64,000 nt of DNA, from assembly GCF_044704955.1 (NCBI RefSeq), contig NC_091998.1:43400001-43464000 (forward strand). The letters run 5' to 3'. The notes under the pieces are model-generated. The model had not been told where the DNA came from, searched no databases, and saw only the letters and a program-made list of their open reading frames with translations. Both the position numbers and the translations under genes were made by a program. Origin of the DNA: Pristiophorus japonicus. Its lineage: Eukaryota. Shown here piece after piece: positions 1 to 11,311 of the stretch; the first letter of the stretch is position 1, and each line of letters opens with the position of its first letter.

Positions 1-1106
1 GGCTTTAAGGCAGTACATTCCAGACCAAAACAACTCGCTACGCAAAAGAACGTCTCCTTATCGACAATGTTTCTGTTAAGCTGCGGGGCCGCACAGCGGT
101 CTGGAGGTCCCATGCAGCCGACGCACCAGCTTTTAAATGGAGAAATCCTGCATGGCCGGAAATTTGAATGGACCGCGCAGCCCAAAATAAAATTATAGGG
201 AACATTACTCGTCTCCCCTCTGGTTATTTTCCCAATTACCTTAAACGTGTGCCCTCTGGTTATTGACCCTCCTGCCACTGGAAATAGTATCTCCTTATTT
301 ACTCTATCCAAGCCCTTCATCATTTCAAACACCTCTATTAAATCTCCCCCTTAACCTTCTCTGCTCGAAGAACAACAATTCCAGCTTCTCTAGTCCCTCA
401 TCCCTGGTACCATTCTGGTAATTCTCTTCTGCACTTTCTCCAAAGCCTTGACATCCTTCCTATAGTGTGGTGCCCAGAATTAGACAATACTCCAGCTGAG
501 TGTTAACCAGTGATTTATAAAGCTTTTGCACAGGCTCGAAGGGCTGAATGGCCTACTCCTGCACCTATTTTCTATGTTTCTTTGCTTTTGTACTCTTATG
601 CCTCCAGTTCTAAGGTCCAGGATCCTGTATGCTTTTTGTAATAGTCTATCAACTTGTTCAGCCACCTTCAAAAGATTTGTGTACGTAAATCTCCAGGTTC
701 CTGCATCCCCTTTAAAATCACACCATTAAGTTTAAAATGCCTCTCCTCATTCTTCCTTCAAAAATGCATCCAGTTAACTCTCTATTTTAAACTGCTATTC
801 TCCTATCCCTTCCAGAGTCAAGCTGCGAGGCCAGGGACCCAGATTCAGTCAGGTATAAACACTAAAAAGGCAGCAGTCAGACAGCGAGACAATCCCCATG
901 ACATGTGCATATCTGCAATGCAGCAGAGAGCCTGCTCCATTTGCTAAGTGTGGTGACATGGAACCCGAGTGCAGACAGAGAGAAGCAGAGACACCAACCC
1001 CACCAAAGGGCTATTGTTACGACCCATCTCCTCAGAGCCATCACAGAGCTGGATATTTAGCCTTAGACCCCATTTTATCCAAGAGCAAACGCACACACAC
1101 ACATAC

Positions 1107-1426
1107 TTGGGCTCAAAGTGCTCCCGTTTCACGGGCGGTGCAGCAGCAGTGCCCTCTAGTGGTTCAGAAGCAGCATAGACGCTGGCTGGCTGCTGTGGAT
1201 CTGCTGGGGTCTCCCGGTCGGCTTTCCCCACGCACTCGGGGTCCTGTTCGGCCGCCTCTGCTGCTCCTGCTTCAGGTCGCTCTTCTGAAGCAACCTCCAC
1301 CTCCTGACCAGGAGGAGGGACACAAGACTTCTCTTCCTCCATTTTCCTCTTCTTCAGTTTCTCCTCCAGCTCTTTCAACCGCCTCTCGTTGTCTTGAATG
1401 GAACAATGTTCAAACTTCTTGAAAGC
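1107..1426 (-). CDS. NUDCD3: NudC domain-containing protein 3, coding exon 2 (AFKKFEHCSIQDNERRLKELEEKLKK...HFEPK); gene continues left of the window
   Basis: Acceptor ttttgttttcaAG|GCT at 1426 and donor AA|GTATGT at 1107. The 320-nt exon is in frame with exon 1 (phase 0). Its N-terminal part resembles vertebrate NUDCD3 (VFKTFDHMARQDDEKRRQELEEK), followed by a low-complexity acidic/Pro/Ala linker. Confidence 0.9.
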
Positions 1427-1583
1427 CTTGAAAACAAAAAGAAGAGGAGTTGTAACAACATTGGCTGCACTTGGCCCATTTGCTTTCAAGACTGCAATCG
1501 ATAGATTTTTTTGCTCGGCAAGAGTATCAAGGAACATGGAGCCAAGGTGGGAAAATTGAGTTGAGGTAGCTCAGCCATGATCC

Positions 1584-1930
1584 GAGCCGTGTCTCAGTGG
1601 GCAGCACTCTCACCTCGGAGTCAGAAGGTTGTGGGTTCAAATCCCACTCCAGGAACTTGAGCACAAGAATCTAGACTGACACTCCCAGTGCAGTGCTGAG
1701 GGAGTGCTGCACTGTCGGAGGTGCCGTCTTTCAGATGAAACGTTGAACCGAGGCCCTATCTGCTCTCTCAGGTGGATGTAAAAGATCCCATGGCACTATT
1801 TCGAAGAAGAGCTGGGGAGTTATCCCCGGTGCCCTGACCAATATTTATCCCTCAATCAACATCACTAAAACAGATTATCTGGTCATTATCACATTGCTGT
1901 TTGTGGGTGCTGTGCGCAAATTGGACTGCC
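1584..1930 (+). mobile_element. tRNA-derived DeuSINE (SacSINE1-like), 3' truncated
   Basis: tRNA-like head with A box (tctcagtggg) and B box (ggttcaaatcc), followed by a Deu-like central domain (aaagatcccatggcactatttcgaagaagag...attgctgtttgtggg). Confidence 0.8.
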
Positions 1931-1939
1931 CAGAATTGA

Positions 1940-2356
1940 ACAACAACTTGCATTTATATAGCTCCTTTAACGTAGTAAAACATCCCCAAGCGCTTCACAG
2001 GAGTGTTATCAAACAAAATTTGACATCGAGCCACATAAAGAGATATTAGGACAGGAGACCAAAAGCTTGGTTAAAGAGGTAGGTTTTAAGGAGCTTTTTA
2101 AAAGGAGGTAGAGAGGTTTAGGGAGGGAGTTGCAGAGCTTACGACCTTGGCAGCTGAAGGCACGGCCACCGATGGTTGAGCGATTATAATCAGGGATGTG
2201 CAAGAGGCCAGAATTAGAGGAGTGCAGAGATCTCAGGTGGGTTGTGCGGCTGGAGGAGGTTACAGAGATAGGAAGTGGCGAGGCCATGGAGGGATTTGAA
2301 AACAAGGACATTTTTTTCAAATCGAGGCGTTGCAGGACCAGGAGCCAATGTAGTTC
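1940..2356 (-). mobile_element. L2-clade LINE 3' fragment
   Basis: The reverse strand encodes ...STIGGRAFSCQGRKLCNSLP and carries a tail like that of the SINEs. Similar copies lie at 4140-4440 (+) and 46535-47020 (-). Confidence 0.65.
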
Positions 2357-3457
2357 AGTATTTATTCCATAAAGATGATTGGTGTGGGAATTGAATTCGC
2401 CATACTGCTTGCTACAGGGTGATGTTCTCCTGGGCTTCTGGCTTTAGCCCGTCTCCAGAAAGTGCGCGAGCACTCCAGGACTGGCCCTCCGATTTTCCCC
2501 ACCGCTTGTTGCCTGCCTGAAGCATGTGGTGAATCAGCAATACACTTTAACTTTAGCAAAGCACATTGAAGCATTGGTTTAAACGGTGGCAGCTTTTCTC
2601 TCAATAAAATTACCACCTATTGCCGTGTTTGAAGCCACGTGTGTGTTATTGAAGTCATATTAGCGAGTTAGTGCTCGTCTTTGAAACTGCATGTGGGAAC
2701 ATCTGTATCCAAAATGTTAAGATGTGCTTAACCTCAATTGTGTTCAACACACCGGCTTTCAACTGGGAACGGATATCCAAACTGAAATTTAGAAAAAAAC
2801 GGAGATTATGTTGGGGGCTGGAGAGGTAAAAGGACAATTATCAGCGAGCAGAATATTGCAAAAGGTTTGAATTAAATCACAAAGTGACATAGTGAAACAC
2901 AAGAACGCAGGATCGAAAATAATGTGATGTTGCAGAATAATCACTATTTTTTGACAACACAGTCCTTGCAAGTTAAGCACACTGGTTGCTGCTCATTTCT
3001 AAACTCTCAAAGATAATAAACGTGACTTGTGATTCGCAGGAACTGGTTTTTAAAAGTGAAGTTTTTAAGTGACCGGTACCTCATGCTGATGACGAGTTGT
3101 GACTGGTTCATGGCCGTATCACGGATTAAATCCACATTTCTAGCTTTCAAGGCCCATAGTGAGAAGCATAGTGAGAGACCCTAGAGAGCACCCTGGGTAC
3201 CTAGGACAAGCCATGGTCAACACGATCTTAAGAACATAAGAACTGGGAGCAGGAGTAGGCCATACAGTCCCTCGAGCCTGCTCCGCCATTCAATAAGATT
3301 GTGGCTGATCTTCGACCTCAACTCCACTTTTCCGCCCGATCCCCGTATCCCTCAATTCCTCTGGAGTCCAAATCTTCTGGATTCAGATGTTGAAAGACAG
3401 CTCGGACTATATGACGACTCTCTTTGTTGAAGGGAAATTCTTGTATGTCTGTCATGG

Positions 3458-3890
3458 GATACAGCTGTGGCTCAGTGGGTAGCACTCTCGCCTCCAAGTC
3501 AAAAGGTTGTGGGTTCAAGTCCCATAAAATCTAAGCCGACACTCCAGTGCAGTGCTATGGGAGTGCTGCACTGCCGGAGGTGTCGTCTTTCGGATGAGAC
3601 GTTAAACCGAGGCCCCGTCTGCCCCCTCAGGTGGACGTAAAAGATCCCATGGTACTATTTTGAAGAGGAGCAGGGAAGTTATCCCCGGAGTCCTAGCCAA
3701 TACTTATCCCTCAATCAACATAACAAAAACAGATTATCTGGTCATTATCACATTGCTGTTTGTGGGAGCTTGCTGTGCGCAAATTGGCTGCCGCATTTCC
3801 CACATTGCAACAGTTACTACACTTCAAAAGTACTTCATTGGCTTTGAGACATCCGGTGGTCGTGAAAGGCGCTATATAAATCCAAGTTTT
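3458..3890 (+). mobile_element. tRNA-derived DeuSINE (SacSINE1-like), near full length
   Basis: A and B boxes, Deu domain and an L2-like tail (gtgaaaggcgctatataaat). Confidence 0.85.
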
Positions 3891-5309
3891 TCTTTCTATC
3901 TTTCTTATGGGATAAGTAAATGGGTACAAGGCTCCAGCCCCTCAGCTTGAATAGCTCCGCTGGGCACACACTGGAATAAACGTGACAGAAAGATGCACGG
4001 AACAGATGCAAGAGATCTGTACCTTTGAACCCAATGAGACAATTCTGACCATAAACCATTTACATAGCCTGCAGTTTGAGGTCAGTATTGTTCCCATTGC
4101 CCTAGCTGTCATTTTTTTCTGGTCCTCATATTCATCAATTCCTATCCTTCTTTTCAAATCCCTCCATGGCCTCGCCCCTCCCTATCTCTGTAATCTCCTT
4201 CAGACCCCCACCCCCATGCCGAGATGTCTGCGCTCCTCAAATTCTTCCCCCTTGAGCATCACTGATTATAGTTGCTCGACCATTGGTGGCCGTGTCTTCA
4301 GCTGCCTGGGCCCCAAGCTCTGGAACTCCCTCCCTAAACCTCTGCATCTCTCTACCTCTCATTCTTCCTTGAAGATGCTCCTTAATACCTACCTTTTTGA
4401 TCACCTGCCATCATTTGTTCTTATGTGGCTCGATGTTAAATGTATTGCTTTGTCTTATAGCACTCCTGCTGGACTTGCCAGAGTGGCAGTGGGGGTCAAT
4501 ACAATTGGCCTCAGCTACTTGGTGGTCAGGCAACTTGCATTTGAATACTTGCCTTTGCCAGAGTTGGTTTTTCCCGACTTTTAAATGAAATGTTTGTAAC
4601 AATAATATGAACAGGTAAGGGCGATCCGTTGCATCAAGCCTGTCCCACCAGATTATGGTGCAGCCCAAGTATGCCATCAACCCAAGCCTTGCCCACATTA
4701 CAACAGTGACTACACTTCACAAGTACTTCATTGGCTGTAAAGCGCTTTGGGAATGTCCCCGAGGTGGTGAAAGGCGCTATATAAATGCAAGTCTTTCTTT
4801 AGGAAAGTATCCTGCCCGTGTCCTAACTTGCACCAAGTCCCGCTCACCCCTTCACCTGTGCTCGCTGACCGACACTGGTTAAACAAGTCAAAATTCTCAT
4901 CCTCAATTCTCATCCTCGCCCCTCCCTAGCTCTGTAATCTCCTCCAGCGATATCATGTCCTCAGGATTGACCAAAGCGCTTTACAAGTGTTGTCATGGCC
5001 ATTCAGTCGACAACTACCGCATCCAATTTGTGCACAGCAAGGTGCCACAAATACAAGTTGTTGATGTAGGATGATGATGAGCAGTTTAATGTGTTTATAT
5101 CGGAGAACCCCTCTTCCCACACCCCACCCGTTCCTTCCTCCCTGCTTCTCCTCCACCCTCTCCTTCCTCCCGCGCCTCTGTTGGCAAACACAGCAGCCAA
5201 TTTGCACACAGTAAGGTCCCACAAACAAATACAAGTGGTTGTTGGAGGAGGGCAGTGAGGGATGAGCACCGTCCCCACCGACAATGTTTAATGGGGAGAG
5301 GGTCCTCTC

Positions 5310-5760
5310 CTCTCTCCCACATCGCTCTATCCCCACGCCCCTCCCCCCATCGCTCTATCTCCATGTCTCTCTCCCACCCCCCCCAATCGCTCTATCCCCA
5401 TGCCCCTCTCTCCCAATCCCCCCCATGTCTCTCTCCCTCCCCATCCCCCTCATGTCTCTCTACCGCCCCCCCCATCGCTCTATCCCCAATCCCCCTCTCT
5501 CCCAATCTCCCCCATATCTCCACGCCCCTCCCTCCCAATCCCCCTCATGTCTCTCTCCCGCCCCCCCCAATCGCTCTATCCCCAATCCCCCTCATGTCTC
5601 TCTCCCGCCCCCCCAATCGCTCTATCCCCAATCCCCCTCTCTCCCAATCCCCCCCATGTCTCTCTCCCTCCCCCCCTATCTCCACGCCCCTCCCTCCCAA
5701 TCCCCCTCATGTCCCTCTCCCTCTTCTCCCTCTCCCCCCTATCTCCACGCCCCTCCCTCA
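5310..5760. repeat. C/T-rich imperfect minisatellite in NUDCD3 intron 1 (G-rich on the sense strand)
   Basis: Recurrent units such as cccaatcgctctatccccaatcccccctctctcccaatccccccatgtctctc, starting directly after the exon 1 donor. Confidence 0.9.
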
Positions 5761-5765
5761 CTCAC

Positions 5766-5963
5766 CCTCAGCGCCAGTTTCTGGGCCACCCCGGGGGGGA
5801 AGCCCAGCCTGTCCTCCTTGAGCACCATCAGGCGGAAGAAGTCGGTCTTTCGGTACAAGAATCCGAAGAAGATGTCCAGGAAGCTCTCCACCTGCCCGGC
5901 GTGCTGCAGGATGCCGAGCAGCGCCTGGTCATACAGCTCGCTGCTGCCGGGGGCCGCGTCCAT
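5766..5963 (-). CDS. NUDCD3: NudC domain-containing protein 3, coding exon 1 (MDAAPGSSELYDQALLGILQHAGQVESFLDIFFGFLYRKTDFFRL...GFPPGVAQKLALR)
   Basis: ATG in a good Kozak context (gccATGG) at 5963-5961, 66 codons, donor AGG|GTGAG at 5766. Carries the NudC N-terminal motif LYDQALLGILQH...FFGFLYRKTDF...GFPPG typical of NUDCD3. Confidence 0.95.
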
Positions 5964-6120
5964 GGCCCGGCCGCTCCCCGGGAACAGTACGGGGATTATT
6001 TCACTTTCTCCGCTTCTTGTCGCCAGCTCCGCCGTCTCTCCCCCCAACTACTTCCGCCGGAACAAGTCCACCGCGACAAAACCTTCCCCCCCCCCCGGCT
6101 TCGCCCCGAATAAACGTTCC
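5964..6120 (-). promoter_or_regulatory. CpG-rich 5'UTR/promoter of NUDCD3 with ETS/GABP-like sites
   Basis: CpG-dense stretch immediately upstream of the ATG. ACTTCCG at 6050-6056 and CCGGAA at 6057-6062. No TATA box seen. Confidence 0.6.
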
Positions 6121-6207
6121 TAGAAAACAATCCTTGCAGACCCACTCCTGGTGCTGGGTTTATGTTGGAAATCCTGCCCAATACACATATCAAATTTGCA
6201 TTTTTTT

Positions 6208-6375
6208 CATTGCAAACAGTCCAGTTATAATTATTTATCTTTTTCTTTGCAAACAGTCCAGTTATAATTGTTTATCTTTTTCTTTGCAAACAGTCCAGTT
6301 ATAATTGCTTTTGTACCAGTTATAATTGTGCCTAGTTTATTTTTTTTATTGCAAACAGTCCAATTATAATTGTAC
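6208..6375. repeat. AT-rich tandem repeat with core ttgcaaacagtccagttataatt (4 full cores plus 1 partial)
   Basis: Core visible at about 6210, 6247, 6284 and 6349, partial at 6316. Confidence 0.85.
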
Positions 6376-8091
6376 CTAGTTTATTTTTTCCTTCAACAAG
6401 TTATTACTATGTATAAAAACCTTGGAGTACAAATATCAAACCTAAATTAAAAAATGCAAAGCCCACTATTATTTTGGGAAACCCCTCTGCAAGATCAAGA
6501 AGTGTGTTCCACTTGTGCTCCTCGCTTGCAGCAAAAATGGTTCTTTTCAGTGGCGCTTAAAGCCGGTGACAATTAGAAACAACCTGCACTTACATAGCAC
6601 CTATCACATCTTAGGATGTCCCAAGGCACTTCATCATGAATGAATTACTTCTGAAGCACAGTCACTGTGGTTTTGCAGGCAATCTTAGCAGCCAAATTGT
6701 GCACAAAGTTCCACAAACGGCAATTAGATCAATGACCAATTTGTTGTTCTTGCTGTTGGTTAACCTGGACATCAGTTGAAGTACGCTGCTCTTCTTCAGG
6801 TCATGCTATGTGGGTCTTTCACATCTGCCTAAACAGAAGTCATCGAAAAGACAACACTCTCAACAATCCAGCGCTCTATCAGTACCACGCTGAAGTGTCA
6901 GCTTAGACCACTGCTCTAGTGATGGACTGTGACTAAGAACCCCCGACCCGCTGACTACAAGGCAAGAGCATTACCACTGGGCCAAGGTGACAATTATGAC
7001 CAATTTACACCCCTGCTACTTTCTGTACTTTTCCCCTACACCTTAAATATTTTTTGTATGATTTCTGTTCCATAACATTTGGGAGCTTCATGTGATTCAA
7101 GGCTGAACTTCGGGCATTGCTGTCCAAATTACTGTCCATGGGCCACATACTTCTTGCAAGCCCAAGAAATCCAGTTTACAACCCCCAAAAGCAGGTGCCA
7201 GAAGGACTGGAGTGCATCATCACCCCCGGCAACCAAATTTTAATTTGAACCACGTCTAAAGTTTAATTTGTTTAAGTTTGTTGGTTTTAGTGCCCCATCC
7301 CCCCCCGCTTTTAGCCAGGGGGCACTTATATAATTTGTGTTTTTTGGTGCCCTCAAAAAAAAACCCCAAGCAGCTAGATTCTATTGGCCACTTTATACTT
7401 TACTCATTAGTTTTACCCGTTTAAATTTCATAGGTCTAAAGGTTTGGATAAAAACTGTTCTTACTCCTGCTCTGCCTCTCTCTTCCTTTAAGACCCTCCC
7501 TTAAAACCAAGTTTTCCATCATCCATCCTAATAGCTCCTTCTTTGGCTCAGTGTTAATTGGAGTTTGATTCCGCTCCTGTGAAGCGCCTTCGAATGTTTT
7601 CCCATGTCAACGTTGTTGTTGTTGATGATGATGTTCCTATCAGATTGCTGCTCTTCTTTTCGATAGCAGAGGCCACAGGAAAGGGAGATAATGGCCCCGA
7701 TATTAATGGGGAGGGTGCGGGGGGAGTGTGTTAGAAAAATTGGCACAGTCGGGGATGTGGTGGCCCTGCTGATCTTAACTCAATAATGAGTGGCCCCATT
7801 TGTCCCTTCAGAGAAGCCAAAGAACATGTACACAGCCTGAAATTCAGCGGGGAAATCACTTTAGAACCGGCAATGAAGGAATTCACAGTTAGACCGCCCC
7901 CCAGCCCTGCCCTAAGGAGTCTGCCTCTGCTTTCTTCAAGCCCTGGTATTGGTTTCAGTTTTACGACAATTGGAGACATAGTGAAGGCTCTACCCTTGCA
8001 CTCTCAATGTACGCCAAAAGGTGGATGCAGGATAGAATGGGAAATAGGAATGCTTAATCTTGAGCACTATTAACTTACAATAGATCTGCCG

Positions 8092-8323
8092 TGTTATGTA
8101 ATGATGTGTGTATCGTCCCAGTACCTTAAATGTAATGTAAGTACTATGCCACACCACAGAGGGCGCTGCGGTGGGAAACCCTGGTAGTACCTGTAAGAAG
8201 GACTATATAAGGGTGACCACCTCGGAGGCACTCTGGAGCTGAACAATGAAGGACGAAGGTCACAGCAGTTAGACTTACACCAGACTGTGTGAAGTCAGTG
8301 ATTTGTGTGCTACATACACCACA
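8092..8323 (+). mobile_element. Solo LTR (Gypsy/Mag-like family)
   Basis: TG...CA ends and a 5-bp TSD tgccg/tgctg (one CpG-type mismatch). Internal ccacagagggcgc, TATATAA and a degenerate poly(A) signal occur in the same order as in the Gypsy LTR at 11036. Confidence 0.7.
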
Positions 8324-11311
8324 TGCTGAACACTGCAACAAAGGTGGATCCAAGTAAAAAGGAGGCCGAGATTAATACAAAGGGTTTAAACTGGAGAGAG
8401 CTTCTGTAGAGGGATGAGACAGATGCATAGAATGAATTCCCTTGTCTGTATTTATTTCCATTATATTGATATAATTACTCAGATTTGCACGGAGTTTATG
8501 TTGCTGCTAATTTCAATGTAATGAAGTTTCTAATCCAATTTAATTTGTCTTCAACAAGGATAACTCCATTCATCTGGACCTTATCAGCTGCTCCTGTGGT
8601 CTGTGCTCACAGCTGCCCTCAAGTGGAGCAATGATGGTACAGCAGTTTGATTCACATAAAGCTGATGTCCTACTTAACCATTTTAAAACCACTTACCATC
8701 AATTTCCCAAAACAGCCAATCTAGATTGTAAAAGGAAAATACTGTAGATGCTGGAAGTCTACAAAAAGGGCAGAAAATACTGGAAGTAGGTCAGTCAGCA
8801 TCTGTGGGGGAACAGATCAGACCAATCCAAACCTGAAGAGGTAGATGGTGACAGTCATATAATCAGCACAGTGGAAAGAGAACAAGCTGTATAGAGATGA
8901 GCCAAAGCCAGAGATAAATAATGAGTGGAATGTTCTGAATGATCATATAGTAATGGACAGAAATGTTAATCAAATCACAAACACATTTATAAAATATTCT
9001 GAACACCATTAATTTACAAATGTTTGCTGAGAACAAGTCTGTGCTTTCATTACCATGCTGTGGATTTACCAATCTCCACATAGTCACCATAGGTTAACAC
9101 TGAACTGTGCACAGGGTCCCTGGTCTTTGAGTTGGCCACAGTTGGCCTGTGACCATAAGGGGAACGGAGAATGGGCAAGCCTGCTCCTAACTGGATAGGC
9201 TGGGGTTGTTTTCTTTGGATCGGCGGCTGGAGTCACTGCGCTGCATCCATGAGACTGAGAGCAACGTGGATAGCACGTTTCTAGAGGTGGTCACCCTGCA
9301 GCTTAAGAGTGTATACAGGCAGATAGAGATTGGGTGACCGCCAGACAGAAGAGGAGGACTAGGCAGGGAGTGCTGAAGTCCCACCGAATCCATCTCGCTC
9401 GCTGTTCTGAGTACCGGTGAGGGCGATGGTGGCTCTGGGGCCTGCAGCCAGAGCCAAATCCACGTCACCACGGGTGGCTCAGCTGCACAGGGGGAAGAGG
9501 AAGAAGAGTGGAAGAGCTATAGTGGTAAGGGATTGAATAGTCAGGGGAGCAGACAGGCGTTTCTGCGGCCACAGACGTGACTCCAGGATGCCTCCCTGGT
9601 GACAGGGTCAAGGATGTCACTGAGCGCTGCAGGGCATTCTGGGGGGAGAGGGTGAACAGCCAGAGGTCGTGGTCCACATCGGTACCAATGACATAGGCAG
9701 GAAGAGGGATGAGGTCCTGCGGGCAGAGGTTAGGGAGCTAGGAGAAAGATTAAGGTAGTAATCTCCAGATTACTCCCGGTGCCACGAGCTAGTGAGTACA
9801 GAAATAGGAGGATCGAGCAGATGAATATGTTGCTGGAGAGATGGTGCAGGTGGGAGGGCTTTAGTTTCCTGAGGCATTGGGACCGCTTCTAGGGAAGGTG
9901 GGACCTGTACAAGCCGAACGGGTTGCACCTCAACAGAGCCGGGACCAATATCCTCACCTGGGGGGGGGGTTGCTAGTACTGTTGGGGAGGGTTTAAACTA
10001 GCTTGGCAGGGGGATGGGAACCTGAAAATAGATTCAGTAGGGAGAGGAGTAAAACTGTAATTAGAAAGCAAAAATAAAGAAAGTGAGTTTGAAGGAGAGA
10101 GGAAACAAGCAGGAAAAAAGGATTAAAAAAAACAAATTTAAAGGCACTTTGTCTAAATGCACGTAGCATTCGTAACAAGATAGATGAGTTGACGGCACAA
10201 ATAGATACAAATGGGTATGATCTGATGGCCATTACAGAGACATGGTTGCAAGGTGACCAGGACTGGGAATTAAATATCCAGGGTATTTGACAATCTGGAA
10301 GGACGGACAGAAAAGAAAAGGAGGTGGGGTAGCTCTATTGATAAAGGATGGTATTACTGCAATAGCGAGAAACAATATTGGCTCAAATGATCAGGATGTT
10401 GAAACAGTTTGGGTGGAGATAAGGAACAATAAAGGGAAAAAGTCACTGGTGGGCGTAGTCTATAGGCCCCCTAACAGTAGCAACTCTGTTGGTCGGAGCA
10501 TAAACCAGGAAAGAGTGCAGGCTTATAAAAAGGGAACAGGAATAATCAGGGGTGATTTTAACCTCCATATTGATTGGACAAATCAAATTGGTCAGGGTAG
10601 CCTTGAGGAAGAGTTCATCGTGTGCATAAGGGACGGGTTCCTTGAGCAGTATGTAATGGAAGGAACTGAGTGTAACGTAGCCAAGTTTGCTGACGATACA
10701 AAGATGGGAGGAAAAGCAATGTGTGAGGAGGACACAAAAAATCTGCAAAAGGACAGACAGGCTAAGTGAATGGGCAAAAATTTGGCAGATGGAGTATAAT
10801 GTTGGAAAGTGTGAGGTCATGCACTTTGGCAGAAAAAAAAATCAAAGAGCGAGTTATTATTTAAATGGAGAAAAATTGCAAAGTGCTGCAGTACAGCGGG
10901 ACCTGGGGGTATTTGTGCATGAAACACAAAAGGTTAGTATGCAGGTACAGCAAGTGATCAGGAAGGCCAATGGAATCTTGGACTTTATTGCAAAGGGGAT
11001 GGAGTATAAAAGCAGGGAAGTCTTGCTACAGTTATTGTAAAGTCCTGTCCCTTCAGTACAGATTCACACGAGGCATGTAGTGAAGTCAAGGTCACTCTGG
11101 ACCTGCACCTTTATTTCACAGCTCTGGAACGCTGCACTTGCCTGAGACCTGTCCTTATATTACCTGTCTCTTGCAAGTGCACCCCTGGTGGTAAGGTATG
11201 CTGGTGGTTACAGGTCATATCTTATTACAATCATGTATAGCATGTTAGGATACAGTTGCATATAATAATGTAAGATACATGACATCACCCTCCCCCAAGG
11301 TCTTATTGTCT

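Noticed and set aside
20-208. Right end of a hAT-like MITE (ttatagggaacatt)
   Set aside because: Only one putative TIR is visible at the window edge, so it cannot be supported.
944-1537. 197-aa single-exon gene
   Set aside because: Only 1107-1426 is bounded by splice sites and homologous to NUDCD3. The rest is intronic read-through.
3458-3530. tRNA genes, here and at other SINE heads
   Set aside because: The A/B boxes run directly into SINE bodies, and no acceptor stem or terminator was seen.
5255-6123. Long proline-rich plus-strand ORFs (188-279 aa)
   Set aside because: Artefacts of the stop-free C/T minisatellite and of the antisense strand of NUDCD3 exon 1.
7195-7365. Possible Tx1-like LINE 3' end
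   Set aside because: Based on vague recall only, with no coding motif long enough to verify.
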